Shown here: in pieces, positions 42,273 through 52,056 of the stretch
Numbering within the stretch: the first letter of the stretch is position 1
Layout of the letters: every line of letters begins with the position of its first letter
Origin: Candidatus Fermentibacterota bacterium
GTDB taxonomy: Bacteria; Fermentibacterota; Fermentibacteria; Fermentibacterales; JCC-6
Assembly: GCA_963845085.1 (NCBI GenBank)
Contig: CAWJQI010000004.1
Span: 128,001-192,000, forward strand
Direction: 5' to 3'
Length of the DNA stretch: 64,000 bases
Notes under the pieces: generated by a model
What the model was told of the DNA's origin: nothing
Seen by the model: only the letters and a program-made list of their open reading frames with translations
Database searches by the model: none
Made by a program: the position numbers and the translations under genes

Positions 42273-43626
42273 GGAGTGCCCCGATCCCGAGCGACTCGGC
42301 TCCCTCCATCAACACTTCGGTAAGGGTCGGATGGGGGTGTATGAACCTTGCCCAGTCCCGCGCCTTGACCCCCGTGTTCACAGCCATCACTGCGCCGGAG
42401 ACCAGGCTTGATGCGTCAGCTCCCACGATCTGCACACCCACAACAGTGTCGTCATCCTCCCTCGCGATGATCTTCACGAAACCTTCGGTCCGGTTCATCC
42501 CGACTGCCTTCCCGTTGGCGATGAACCCCGCGGTTCCGATCCTGACGGGAACACCCCTCTCACGCCACTGGTCTTCTCCCGGACCGACGGTGGCCACTTC
42601 GGGGTCGGTGAAGATGCATCCGGGCATGCAGTCCGGATCAACCGGCCTTTCAGGAGCGCCAAATGCATGGTGCACCGCCGCAAGTCCCTGAGCGCTGCCC
42701 GCGTGCGCAAGCCACCAAATCCCCGTTGCATCACCGGCGGCATAGACATTGGGAAGGCTTGTAAGGCCGAAACGGTCGACCTTGATGCATCCCCTGCCGT
42801 CCAGGGCAACGCCGGCCTCGGCAAGACCCATGTCGGCCGTGCGGGGCCGTCTGCCGATGGCTGCGAGGATTCGCTCCGCCTCCACCACAGTCCCGTCCGA
42901 GAGGAACACCCTGGCTTCATCCGATGTGACTTCCACCCTCTTTGATCCGTTCCCTGCAAGGACCCTCACACCGGACCTGGAAAGCGAACGGGCGACAACA
43001 GCGGAAACATCCCCGTCCACCCCGGGAAGGAGGTTGGGCAGCATTTCAACGATGGTAACCTTCACTCCGAACGCTGAAAGTATGGAGGCGAACTCGCACC
43101 CGATCACTCCGCCGCCGACAATTACGAGTGACCCCGGAAGCGACTGCCAGTTGAGCACATCCGTGCTGGTGAGCACGCCGGGCACATCAAGAAAGGATGG
43201 GACCAGCGGTAATGACCCCGGTGCCAGAAGCACTTTCGAACCCTCGATCGAAAGCCCGCCGGCATCCACCACACCCGGTCCGGAAAGCACACCCCTGCTC
43301 CGAACCACTTCAATGCCAAGATGCGCAAGATGGGTTTCGATTCCCTTTCGCAGCCTGGTGACGGCAAGGTTCTTCCTCTTCAGGATCGAGTCCCAGTTCA
43401 TCTCCAGGCTACCGGAGAGGCCGAATTTCCCGCATTCGCCGGACTGCCTCAGGAGATGGGCGGTCGCGGCCAAAGCCTTGGTCGGGATACAACCCTGATT
43501 GAGGCAGGTGCCACCAAGCTCCTCACCCTCCACGACAACGACTTTTTTACCGAGCTGGGCCGCCCTTATTGCAGGCACATATCCTGCGGGGCCCCCTCCC
43601 ACGACAACCAGGTCCGCCTTCTGCAT
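42265..43626 (-). CDS. lpdA: Dihydrolipoamide dehydrogenase
   Basis: GGGPAGY, GGTCLNQGCIPTK, GGGVIGCE, HPHPTLTE. Confidence 0.93.
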   Translation of the reverse strand: MQKADLVVVGGGPAGYVPAIRAAQLGKKVVVVEGEELGGTCLNQGCIPTKALAATAHLLRQSGECGKFGLSGSLEMNWDSILKRKNLAVTRLRKGIETHLAHLGIEVVRSRGVLSGPGVVDAGGLSIEGSKVLLAPGSLPLVPSFLDVPGVLTSTDVLNWQSLPGSLVIVGGGVIGCEFASILSAFGVKVTIVEMLPNLLPGVDGDVSAVVARSLSRSGVRVLAGNGSKRVEVTSDEARVFLSDGTVVEAERILAAIGRRPRTADMGLAEAGVALDGRGCIKVDRFGLTSLPNVYAAGDATGIWWLAHAGSAQGLAAVHHAFGAPERPVDPDCMPGCIFTDPEVATVGPGEDQWRERGVPVRIGTAGFIANGKAVGMNRTEGFVKIIAREDDDTVVGVQIVGADASSLVSGAVMAVNTGVKARDWARFIHPHPTLTEVLMEGAESLGIGALHG

Positions 43627-43710
43627 TCCTCGATCTCCCTGTGTTCTGAAACGGTGACGCCGAATGGTTACCGGGCTATGATAATCAAGCTTTATACCTC
43701 GGAGGGAACC

Positions 43711-44448
43711 ATGCTTGCCTTGTTTCTCAGCGCCCTGGTGATGTTGTCCGAACCCGAGAGGCTCTCGGCGCGCCTTCAGGCCGAGGCCGGTTCCGCGCTC
43801 ATGGGCCAGGGGCTTCTGACCCAGGCCCGGGAGGCGTTCTCCCGTGCGCTGGATATCAACCCCCTTGAAGATTATGCAATGCTTGGTCTGGCAAGGGTCT
43901 CGGCGCTCGAGGGAAGCATTCCCCTGGCTTCGGGTTGGTACAGGGCGTTCATGTCCAGATGTCCGACCGATTACAGGGCGCCGCTCGAACTGGGCAACCT
44001 TCTGCTGGCCGACCCGGACAGCTTCGAAACCGCGGGCACGCTCATCAGAATGGCACTCGGGCTGGAACCGGGAGCTGCCGATGCCCAGTTCTCCCTGGCT
44101 AAGCTGCTGGTTGCCGAGGGCGATACGACCGGAGCTTTAGAGGTTCTTCGGCCGCTTTTTTCACGGGACGGCCCCCACAGGCTGGAGACCGGCATGCTCC
44201 TTGCCTCGCTGCTTTTCAGGATGGGTGACAACCGCGGAGCAAGGGAGATCCTGCGGGAGGACCCCTTGACCGGTCACCCCGGAGCACTGTGGCTGACAGC
44301 CAGAACACATCTCTCCGAGGGCGATTATCTCAGAGCGGCAGATCTTATCGATCGATGCCTTGCCCTTTCACCGTCTCGGGAAGTGGCGGACTCCGCCTCA
44401 AGTGCGCTTGATTCCCTGGCACGGGAAGGGCTTTTCATCTCCCAGTAA
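43711..44448 (+). CDS. Tetratricopeptide-repeat protein
   Basis: GGAGG SD before ATG 43711; short hydrophobic N-terminus; repeated TPR helices (ALDINP, ALGLEP). Confidence 0.8.
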   Translation: MLALFLSALVMLSEPERLSARLQAEAGSALMGQGLLTQAREAFSRALDINPLEDYAMLGLARVSALEGSIPLASGWYRAFMSRCPTDYRAPLELGNLLLADPDSFETAGTLIRMALGLEPGAADAQFSLAKLLVAEGDTTGALEVLRPLFSRDGPHRLETGMLLASLLFRMGDNRGAREILREDPLTGHPGALWLTARTHLSEGDYLRAADLIDRCLALSPSREVADSASSALDSLAREGLFISQ

Positions 44449-44453
44449 CCCTT

Positions 44454-45821
44454 TTGGAGGGCGCTTTGCAGGAAACCAGAGACAGGGCGGAAAGAGCGGT
44501 TCAAGCTTCGGAGGCCGATTTCGTCGAGATCAGGCTTGAAAGGATATCCTCACTTGAACTGGCCCAGATCGGCAGACGCGGGTTCAGCGTGGGGCCGGTG
44601 ATGCGGGAGGGTTGCACCGTGCGGGCGATGGTGTCAGGAAAATGGGGGTATTCATGGGGCTCGGGTTTCAGCGGGATCGAAGCGCTTGTGGACAGGGCGG
44701 CCGGTGCAGCAGTATCGGCTGAAGGCGGCTCCGTTCACCTTGCTCTCCCCGCTCCGGAGCGTGACAGCTTCATCCCTGGAAGCACCGAACCCTTCAGCCA
44801 GGCCCCTCTGAAAGACAAGGCATTTCTCTGCCGTCATTACTGCGAGCTTCTTGGAATGACCAATCCGGGTGCCTCCGCGAAAGTCGATTACAGCGAAGTC
44901 ATACGTGACAGGGTGATCGTCAACTCGGCCGGAACCAGCATACGGGAGGTCGAAGAGCTTTGCGGGCTGCGCATGCAGGCGGCCCTTCCCGGCAACGTAA
45001 CATCCTCGAAAAGCATAGCCTGCAGGGGCGGACTCGAGCACCTCCGCCACAGGGAAGACCTTGCGAGGGAAATCACGGAAGACCTCTCGCAGAGAACCAG
45101 CCCGTCGGGTCCCACCCCGGGTGTAATTCCAGCCGTTCTCGGGCCGGAGCTGACTGGCATGCTCGTTCACGAGGCTTTCGGGCACCTCGCCGAATCGGAT
45201 CTTCTCGGCCAGTGCCCCGCCATGGCGGCTCTTGTCAGCCCCGGCAGGATGGTCGGGGGTGAGTGCGTTAACATCACGGACGACCCCACGCACTTTAACC
45301 TTCCCGGAAGCTGCAGCTGGGATGACGAGGGTACACGCGGCACAAGCTCGATCCTTGTTTCCGCTGGTGTTGTGAAGAGCAGGCTGCACACGTTGACAAC
45401 AGCCGCCGCAAGCGGAGTGAAGCCTTCGGGAAACGCAAGGGCATGGGGCACCGGAAGCATCCCCATGGCGAGAATGAGATGCACCATTCTCGAGCCTGGT
45501 GCGGGTGGCCGGGACGATCTTCTTGCCGCCCTCGGAAGCGGGATATACCTGAAGGGGTGCCTTGGCGGTGCAACCGACATGGAACGGTTCAGCCTCATTG
45601 CGGAAAGCGGCTGGACCGTAAAACGCGGGCTGCCTGACCGGCCGCTGGGACCGGTCGTGATAACCGGGAATGTTTTCGACACCCTCAGGGCGATAGAAAA
45701 GGTCGGGGATGACATGGAGCTCTTCGGAAACATCGGCGGCTGCGGCAGGGCGTTCGAAACCGCCATTCCGGTCAGCTACGGCGGACCCCACATCCTCGTC
45801 TCCGGAATAAGGATAAGCTGA
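44454..45821 (+). CDS. tldD: TldD-family metalloprotease
   Basis: HEAFGHLAE (HExxGH), DDP, DDEG, GNARA, RMRCT; start may be TTG 44466. Confidence 0.9.
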   Translation: MEGALQETRDRAERAVQASEADFVEIRLERISSLELAQIGRRGFSVGPVMREGCTVRAMVSGKWGYSWGSGFSGIEALVDRAAGAAVSAEGGSVHLALPAPERDSFIPGSTEPFSQAPLKDKAFLCRHYCELLGMTNPGASAKVDYSEVIRDRVIVNSAGTSIREVEELCGLRMQAALPGNVTSSKSIACRGGLEHLRHREDLAREITEDLSQRTSPSGPTPGVIPAVLGPELTGMLVHEAFGHLAESDLLGQCPAMAALVSPGRMVGGECVNITDDPTHFNLPGSCSWDDEGTRGTSSILVSAGVVKSRLHTLTTAAASGVKPSGNARAWGTGSIPMARMRCTILEPGAGGRDDLLAALGSGIYLKGCLGGATDMERFSLIAESGWTVKRGLPDRPLGPVVITGNVFDTLRAIEKVGDDMELFGNIGGCGRAFETAIPVSYGGPHILVSGIRIS

Positions 45822-45823
45822 CA

Positions 45824-47122
45824 ATGAAGGCAATAGATCGCGCAGGAAAAATTCTCGACACGCTTCGACAGGTTTCCACCGACGCCGAGGTCAACTGGCT
45901 CTTCCGAAGACGGAACACACTGCTCGCCGGAAACGGCACTCCTGTTTCGGGGACAGGTGCCGTCACTTCCTACAGCGTGCGCATAAAGAGGAATGGCAAG
46001 GCCGGAACCGCAGGTTCGGAAGGCGGGTTCCACCCGGCACTTCTTGCGGAGAGTGCTATCTCCTCGGCAAGATCGGGGCCTGAATTCACCTGGGAACTGC
46101 CATCGGAATCCCCTTCAACCGATGACTTCAGGAACCTCGGTGATCTTCCCGAGGCAGTTGATGTTCTTCGGTTCGTCAACGGGCTTTCCTCGGAAGCAGA
46201 TGCCGCATTTCCCGGAACCCTTCTGACCACCCGGGTCTCATGGGGACGGGACGCGGTCGGCATCCTCAACACGAACGGGTGCACGGGCGAGTACGTTCGC
46301 TACAGGATAAGGGTCGATGCCACCGTGAGTTCCGCTACCGCAGACGGGCTGTACAGGCGTGCATCACATTTCGAGTGCACCAGCCTTCCCGAGCCCTCCA
46401 CTGCGATCTCCTGGCTCTTCCCCGGCCTTGCCCATGCAGGAGCCGGGCTCGAGACCGCTGTTGGCAGGAAGACTGTTGTCTTTGCTCCCCCCGCCCTCGG
46501 GGTGCTTTTGCAGGCGGTGAGGACGGGAGTCAGCGGAAGGGTGCTGCTTGACGGCGCATCGTGCCTCGCGGGCAAACTCGGTGAGACAGTTCTTTCGCCC
46601 CTTCTGACCATCAGGGAGATGCCGCTGCTCGAAAGCGGGGCCAGCTCCGCCCCCTTCGATTCAGAAGGGATTCCAACATGCAACAAGGCGCTGTTCAGGA
46701 ACGGGGTGTTCAAGGGCTTCGTGTTCGACCTTGCAAGCGGCTCGGAGGCCGGCATCCCTTCAACCGGGAACGCGGGAAAGAACCTGGGGGGACACCCCAT
46801 GCCGATCTGCACCAACATCACCGTGGACACCGGGGATGGAGGCTCACTGGATGAGATGATCTCCCGCGTTGACAGCGGCGTACTCGTTTCGGGAATCCTC
46901 AGCGCCGAGGGCAGCAACGCAGCCGGCGGAGGGATGATACTCGACTGTGGTACCGCCTGGACGATAACCGGCGGTGAGGTCACGGGCCGGCTCGCGAACT
47001 GTCTCATTTCGGGCAGCGCCTACGAGATACTCGCCGGCGCGATCGAGGTTGGGGGATCACAGCACAGAACCGGAACTGACCTGCTTCCGCCCGTGACCGC
47101 AGAAGGGGTCAGGATCAGGTAG
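45824..47122 (+). CDS. pmbA: TldE/PmbA-family protein
   Basis: PFDSEG, STGNA, no HExxH; directly follows tldD. Confidence 0.85.
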   Translation: MKAIDRAGKILDTLRQVSTDAEVNWLFRRRNTLLAGNGTPVSGTGAVTSYSVRIKRNGKAGTAGSEGGFHPALLAESAISSARSGPEFTWELPSESPSTDDFRNLGDLPEAVDVLRFVNGLSSEADAAFPGTLLTTRVSWGRDAVGILNTNGCTGEYVRYRIRVDATVSSATADGLYRRASHFECTSLPEPSTAISWLFPGLAHAGAGLETAVGRKTVVFAPPALGVLLQAVRTGVSGRVLLDGASCLAGKLGETVLSPLLTIREMPLLESGASSAPFDSEGIPTCNKALFRNGVFKGFVFDLASGSEAGIPSTGNAGKNLGGHPMPICTNITVDTGDGGSLDEMISRVDSGVLVSGILSAEGSNAAGGGMILDCGTAWTITGGEVTGRLANCLISGSAYEILAGAIEVGGSQHRTGTDLLPPVTAEGVRIR

Positions 47123-48104
47123 CGCCCGTCCGGGAAAAAAGCTTGACAAGTTTTCCGGTCGTGGTGCCATAGAGGGCGAGCGACAAACCGAATGCGACCG
47201 CTTCCCCGAGTGTGATCCAGATGCGCGCCGCAATGGCGGCAAGCTCTGCCAGACCGGGTTCCGCATCCGGTGCCGCCATCCTGATCAGCCATACAAGAAC
47301 GAGTTCCCTGATGCCGAGCCCACCAGGGGCGAAAACCATCAGGTATCCGATCCCGAACGCCGTGGGGTACAGGAATATTCCCGGGAAGAAGGGGATTGAG
47401 AGCCCGAAGCTGCGGGCGAGAAGCCAGAATCCAAGCCCCACGAAGAGGAAAATGCCCACATAGACCGGAATGATCCTGAGAATGTCGGCGAACGGCGCCC
47501 TGCGCGTATCGTACTGCTTGCCGGTGACCCTTGAGACGGTTTTCATGAGAAATCCGAATACGGCGGGATGCGCTGCGGAAAGGGTCAGCAGCCCCATCGC
47601 CACGGAAAGCCATACAGCTTCTGCTCCGCCCATGCCGACAGCCCTCGCGGCATCCGCGACCAGCGGCATGGCCGTAAGAAGGCAGCCGAAGACGATGAAG
47701 ACGGTTTCCAGCACGAGCGCGTGGCCCGCCTGAATCCGGGTCAGGCCCGAATCGCAGGAAAGGGCGAACTTGCCGATCGCGCTCCAAACCATGCCGGGAA
47801 CGTACTTGCCGACCTGCGCCAGAAAGTGGATTGAATAAGCCTTCCAGAAACCGAGCCTGCCGCCGGTCAGGCCGGCGACCTTCTTCCAGGCAAGCCCGCA
47901 CGCAACAAGATGAAGCTGGAGCAAAGCGAATGAGAGGGCGAACATCAAAGGGTTGAACCTTAGCAGGTTGTCGATTCCGCCGCTCTCACGAATACCCTTG
48001 GACAGGGAACTGCCGAGGAAGTACAGGGCGAGCACCACAAAGACAAGACCGATGAGCTTTAACAGCTTTTTGCCGGCACTTTGTGTCTGCGAAGACACTG
48101 TCAA
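47115..48104 (-). CDS. Lysylphosphatidylglycerol-synthase TM-domain (flippase-like) membrane protein
   Basis: GKYVPG.VW, APGGLGIRE, ARIW; many TM segments. Confidence 0.85.
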   Translation of the reverse strand: MTVSSQTQSAGKKLLKLIGLVFVVLALYFLGSSLSKGIRESGGIDNLLRFNPLMFALSFALLQLHLVACGLAWKKVAGLTGGRLGFWKAYSIHFLAQVGKYVPGMVWSAIGKFALSCDSGLTRIQAGHALVLETVFIVFGCLLTAMPLVADAARAVGMGGAEAVWLSVAMGLLTLSAAHPAVFGFLMKTVSRVTGKQYDTRRAPFADILRIIPVYVGIFLFVGLGFWLLARSFGLSIPFFPGIFLYPTAFGIGYLMVFAPGGLGIRELVLVWLIRMAAPDAEPGLAELAAIAARIWITLGEAVAFGLSLALYGTTTGKLVKLFSRTGAT

Positions 48105-48538
48105 TCCAGAACGCTTACGCGGCTTGAAGGTTTGTTGATCTTTTCGCCGGGAACGCTCTTCGGGGTGATGAACCCCTTGAAGAACGGCATGCAGGCCAGT
48201 GAATTCATCTCCCTCAGTTTCTCCTCGGACGAGATGCCGGATGCCATGACGCCCTCCAGATCCCGCATGAATTCGGAAAGCCTGTCTTCGCGGCTCAGCC
48301 CCGATTTCCTGCGCCAGCCCGAGGGGTTGATCAGGCGGTAAAGTATGCGGATCGCCCTCGAATCAGGCTCGATGACCGCCTTGGCGTGCTCCCTGGCCTC
48401 GTCGGATGTCAACAGCTTGATCAGCTGCCTTCCAAGAAGCTCGCCTGTGACTATTCCCCTTGAATGAAGGTCGGCCAGTGATGAAATCCTTCGGGCAAGA
48501 CTGCTCTCGAGATCCTTTATCTGGGTGCTGTCCTTCAT
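48101..48538 (-). CDS. Hypothetical protein
   Basis: Coupled by 4-nt overlaps to hflX upstream and the flippase gene downstream. Confidence 0.65.
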   Translation of the reverse strand: MKDSTQIKDLESSLARRISSLADLHSRGIVTGELLGRQLIKLLTSDEAREHAKAVIEPDSRAIRILYRLINPSGWRRKSGLSREDRLSEFMRDLEGVMASGISSEEKLREMNSLACMPFFKGFITPKSVPGEKINKPSSRVSVLD

Positions 48539-49806
48539 GCCTTGTCCTCCGGAGCAGAGAGCCTTCCCATTGCGGCCTTCACCCTGCTGTGAAGTTCAGT
48601 GTCTCCCCTCAGCGGCGCGCAGTGAATCTCGATCCCCCCTGCATCGTTTCTGACCGTGCTTTCCACAAGGCAGTTCCTTCGAATCCAGTTTTCAAGCCCG
48701 CCGTTGGAAATATCCAGGGAGACCGTGTACCAGTCCAGTGTTTTTTTCCAGAATGAAGCGATCGCGTCAAGCAGATCGTTCAGGCCATCGCCGGTGAGGG
48801 CCGACACCGAAAGCCCCTGAGAGGGGGGAATTTCGGAAAGGTCGGATTTGTTCCAGACCAGAATTCTGGGTGTGTTCCCGGCGCCGATCCTCTCGAGAGT
48901 GGAGGTGACGACATAGAGACGCTCCTCCCTGTCCTGGCAGCTGCTGTCGGCAACAAGCAGAAGCAGGTCGGCTTCCCTGACAACGTCAAGCGTGCTTCTG
49001 AAGCTCGCCACAAGTGTCTCCGGGAGCCTTTCTATGAAACCCACGGTGTCGGACAGGAGAACGGTTCCGGAACCGGGCAGGGAAAGCCTTCGAGATGTCG
49101 TGTCGAGCGTAGCGAAGAGCTTGTCCTCCACCAGGGCCGAAGAGTTGCACAGGGCGTTCAGGAGCGAGCTTTTCCCTGCGTTCGTGTAGCCCACGAGGGA
49201 TACCTTGAACATGCCTTCCCTGGACGATCTGCGAAGCTTTGTTCCGGTTTCCAGCGCGGCGAGCCGTGATTCGATGACGGCAATGCGCGACCGCGACCGG
49301 CGGCGATCAACCTCAAGCTGTGTCTCACCGGGGCCACGCGTGCCGATGCCTGCACCAAGCCGTGAGAAATGGTGCCACATCCCCGAAAGCCTGGGCAGTG
49401 TGTACTTGAGCTGGGCGAGCTCTATCTGCAACCTGGCCTGCACGGTACGGGCATTGAGGGCAAAGATTGCGAGAATGAGCTCGGTTCTGTCAATCACCTT
49501 GCATTCGGTGATCCGCTCGAGCCTGGCGACCTGCCCTGCGGTGAGATTGTGATCGAACACGATGGTGTTGACACCGAGCTCAACAGCTTTGGCTGCTATT
49601 TCGGCGGCCTTGCCGCTCCCGACGAACGATCCTGCATCGGGTTTCACAAGGTTCTGATGGAGCGAAGCCGCTACTGATCCGCCTGCGGTTTTAACAAGCT
49701 GGATCATCTCGACGTCACGTCCGGCGTGGTTGCCCCTGCCTATCCCGACAGTGACAAGAATGACGCTTTCCGAGGGACTTCCTGTGATTCTATCGGTGGA
49801 GATCAA
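48535..49806 (-). CDS. hflX: GTPase HflX
   Basis: GSGK, DRTELILAIF, RGPGETQLEVDRR, GYTNAGKS, LFATLD, DTVGFI, NKSD. Confidence 0.97.
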   Translation of the reverse strand: MISTDRITGSPSESVILVTVGIGRGNHAGRDVEMIQLVKTAGGSVAASLHQNLVKPDAGSFVGSGKAAEIAAKAVELGVNTIVFDHNLTAGQVARLERITECKVIDRTELILAIFALNARTVQARLQIELAQLKYTLPRLSGMWHHFSRLGAGIGTRGPGETQLEVDRRRSRSRIAVIESRLAALETGTKLRRSSREGMFKVSLVGYTNAGKSSLLNALCNSSALVEDKLFATLDTTSRRLSLPGSGTVLLSDTVGFIERLPETLVASFRSTLDVVREADLLLLVADSSCQDREERLYVVTSTLERIGAGNTPRILVWNKSDLSEIPPSQGLSVSALTGDGLNDLLDAIASFWKKTLDWYTVSLDISNGGLENWIRRNCLVESTVRNDAGGIEIHCAPLRGDTELHSRVKAAMGRLSAPEDKA

Positions 49807-49812
49807 GGAGGA

Positions 49813-50319
49813 TCAGGCCTGCTTCTTCTTTTTTCGAACGCCCGTGACCCTTTTTTCGATCATAAGCCTGGCGCCCTGGAACTCGATGTTGTTCACAAGC
49901 GACAGCTCACCGGCAAGAACACCAATGGCTTCGGTGAATACCCTTTTCTCGGAGGGGTTCATCTTGCTTATCGATGATCTTGCAAGCACATCGCGTACCG
50001 CCGTGGCAATCATGCTGGGGTCGCCGGAATGAACTCTCTCGCGCAGCACCTCGATGCGCCTGCGCCAGTCGCGGGGAAGATCCTCCGCCGTATTGCCAAG
50101 AACAGTGAGGGCTTCATCCATGTCTTCGTTTGAGCAGACCCGTCTTAGACCGGATTCCTGTATGCTGTCGAAGGGAAGGAGTATGCCGGCCCTGCCCGCC
50201 ACAAGACGGATCACAATGCAATCAACCATGTCGCCGGAAATGTCCTTCCGGCATATCTCGGTAACAACCCCTGCGCCGTGAAGAGGGTGAACCACTTTGT
50301 CATGCAGATCAAAATTCAT
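49813..50319 (-). CDS. carD: CarD-family transcriptional regulator
   Basis: F...DKVVHPLHGAGVV, GLRRV, DWRRR; start placed at ATG 50319. Confidence 0.92.
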   Translation of the reverse strand: MNFDLHDKVVHPLHGAGVVTEICRKDISGDMVDCIVIRLVAGRAGILLPFDSIQESGLRRVCSNEDMDEALTVLGNTAEDLPRDWRRRIEVLRERVHSGDPSMIATAVRDVLARSSISKMNPSEKRVFTEAIGVLAGELSLVNNIEFQGARLMIEKRVTGVRKKKKQA

Positions 50320-50359
50320 AAGCAACGGATGCCTCCAAAGCTTCTGACTTGTAGCGGCA

Positions 50360-50388
50360 AGCATAACATGTAGATACGGGTTTGTCAA
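50360..50388 (-). promoter_or_regulatory. Sigma70 promoter of carD-hflX
   Basis: TTGACA-17 bp-TATGCT with extended TGn. Confidence 0.7.
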
Positions 50389-50394
50389 CCGGCT

Positions 50395-52056
50395 TCAGGG
50401 GGATCCCAGAAGAACGTGGATATCCGGCACGGGAACCCCTGATGCAGGGCCCTGAACAGCTGCAGGAAGCGCCTGGAAAACACCCCTCAGGGCTTCCTCG
50501 AGTTGCGGCCCGCAGGTCGATCCCGGCCTGTAGATGAACATGGTGTTCTCAAGGTTCGCCGGTATGCCGATCTCATCGCTCTGCCTGTCCCCGTCGCGGA
50601 TGTCGCTGACGCTCAGCACCCACTGCACGCCGTCAATGGTGATCGCCTTTCCGGACAGCTTTGAAGCCATCCAGGATGCCGCTCCCATTCCCTCGAGAGT
50701 GTACTGGATGCCATGATTGGCAATGTCGATGAAAAGAGTGTCGAGCGGGCCGGTCGGGGTGCTGAGACGGGATTGGTTCAAACCGGGATGATACAGGTCG
50801 GTCCCGAGCAGAATGGTCACATCGGTCGGCCTTACGGTCATGGAGGAATCGAGGGAGGCGAACCGCTGCGCAGCCGGATAGAAGACGGACCCGGTCAGGC
50901 TTGTTTCGGGGCTTTCCCTTCTCACAAGCACAAGGCTTGTCCTGCGACGCGTAACCCCTCTCGCCGGATAGACGAAAGAGTAGGCCGATGCCGGACCGGC
51001 ACGGAATTCCGTCTCCCTGCCATCCGTGTCGGTCCCGTTGCTCACCCAGATGACTGCATTGTCGTCGGGTGAGGTTTCGGTGGAATCAACAGCGGGAGGA
51101 AGGGAGTCGGGCGCCGCGGAAATGGAGCTGTCGGGCGGAACGGTCTGGAATTCGGTACCGGTGTCTTCGGTTTCGGCCCGGTCCCTCCCGCTCCAGGGAT
51201 GGAGGATCATCAGAAGAACAACAAGAAGGACAAGTATACAGCCGGGGATGATGAGTTTGAAGAGAGCGGGCTTCTGTCTTTTCCTTCCCTTCCGGGCAGC
51301 TCCGGCGGAATTCTCCCTCTTGAACGCAGGCTGTCTGATCACGGCCCCTGCAGCAGCCGGCTGATCCGGCACCTGAAGGGGTGCAAGAAGCTTCGCTGCC
51401 TGAATGACGCCCGACGGCCTCTGCATAGGATCCTGCTCGAGCAGGCTTGACAGGTTGCGGATCGCAGCCGAGTCGAGATGGTTCCACGCCTCGACAAGGG
51501 TTTCGCGGTCGTCATTCCCGGCAATCAGCCGCAGGTACAGGGTTCCGAGCGAGAACACATCGCTTCTGGGGTCGGATGGCCTTCTTCCGACGGTTTCCGG
51601 CGGGGTGAACGGGTTGGACGGCAACCCCCTCCGACCTGCAAGCACTATCACTCTGCCGTCGGATTCACGCAGCATGTTCTCCGGACCGACGTAACCTGCG
51701 ATCAGGCCGGATGCCTGCAGCCCCGCAAGCGCGTCGGCAGCCCTTGCTATGATTTCCGAGGCTTCACCCGGGTTGAAGGGCCTGTCATGAAGGTCTTCGC
51801 ACAAAAACCTTGCGGTGCCTGTCTCGAAGACAAGCAGGCGGAGTTCACCGGGAAGATTTCTGGCTTCCATGGGTGGAACGAGATGCGGAGAGGATGGCCA
51901 GGAGTGTATGTAACCAGCCCCGGCCGGGGTGATCTCGACGACTATGCGCCTCTCGCCCCTCTTTGCACGGGCGAGGAAGTAGTTCCTTTCCTCATGAAGC
52001 ACCGATTCGACAACGATGCCGCAAGCCCTGAGGGTTTCAGAATGCATGGCTTTCAA
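50395..52056 (-). CDS. Membrane protein with degenerate Ser/Thr kinase-like N-terminal domain and LytR-C-like extracellular repeats
   Basis: PENML, PPE, SDVFSLG, DP.QRP kinase-fold motifs; one TM; WVSNGTDTDG and DVTILLGTD. Confidence 0.7.
   Translation of the reverse strand: MKAMHSETLRACGIVVESVLHEERNYFLARAKRGERRIVVEITPAGAGYIHSWPSSPHLVPPMEARNLPGELRLLVFETGTARFLCEDLHDRPFNPGEASEIIARAADALAGLQASGLIAGYVGPENMLRESDGRVIVLAGRRGLPSNPFTPPETVGRRPSDPRSDVFSLGTLYLRLIAGNDDRETLVEAWNHLDSAAIRNLSSLLEQDPMQRPSGVIQAAKLLAPLQVPDQPAAAGAVIRQPAFKRENSAGAARKGRKRQKPALFKLIIPGCILVLLVVLLMILHPWSGRDRAETEDTGTEFQTVPPDSSISAAPDSLPPAVDSTETSPDDNAVIWVSNGTDTDGRETEFRAGPASAYSFVYPARGVTRRRTSLVLVRRESPETSLTGSVFYPAAQRFASLDSSMTVRPTDVTILLGTDLYHPGLNQSRLSTPTGPLDTLFIDIANHGIQYTLEGMGAASWMASKLSGKAITIDGVQWVLSVSDIRDGDRQSDEIGIPANLENTMFIYRPGSTCGPQLEEALRGVFQALPAAVQGPASGVPVPDIHVLLGSP

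Noticed and set aside
42265..43626. lpdA without adjacent 2-oxoacid dehydrogenase or glycine cleavage genes
   Set aside because: Stand-alone lpdA is common; partners are probably elsewhere in the genome
44454..47122. tldD-tldE as part of a RiPP/microcin cluster
   Set aside because: No YcaO, precursor peptide or transporter nearby; an ordinary housekeeping pair
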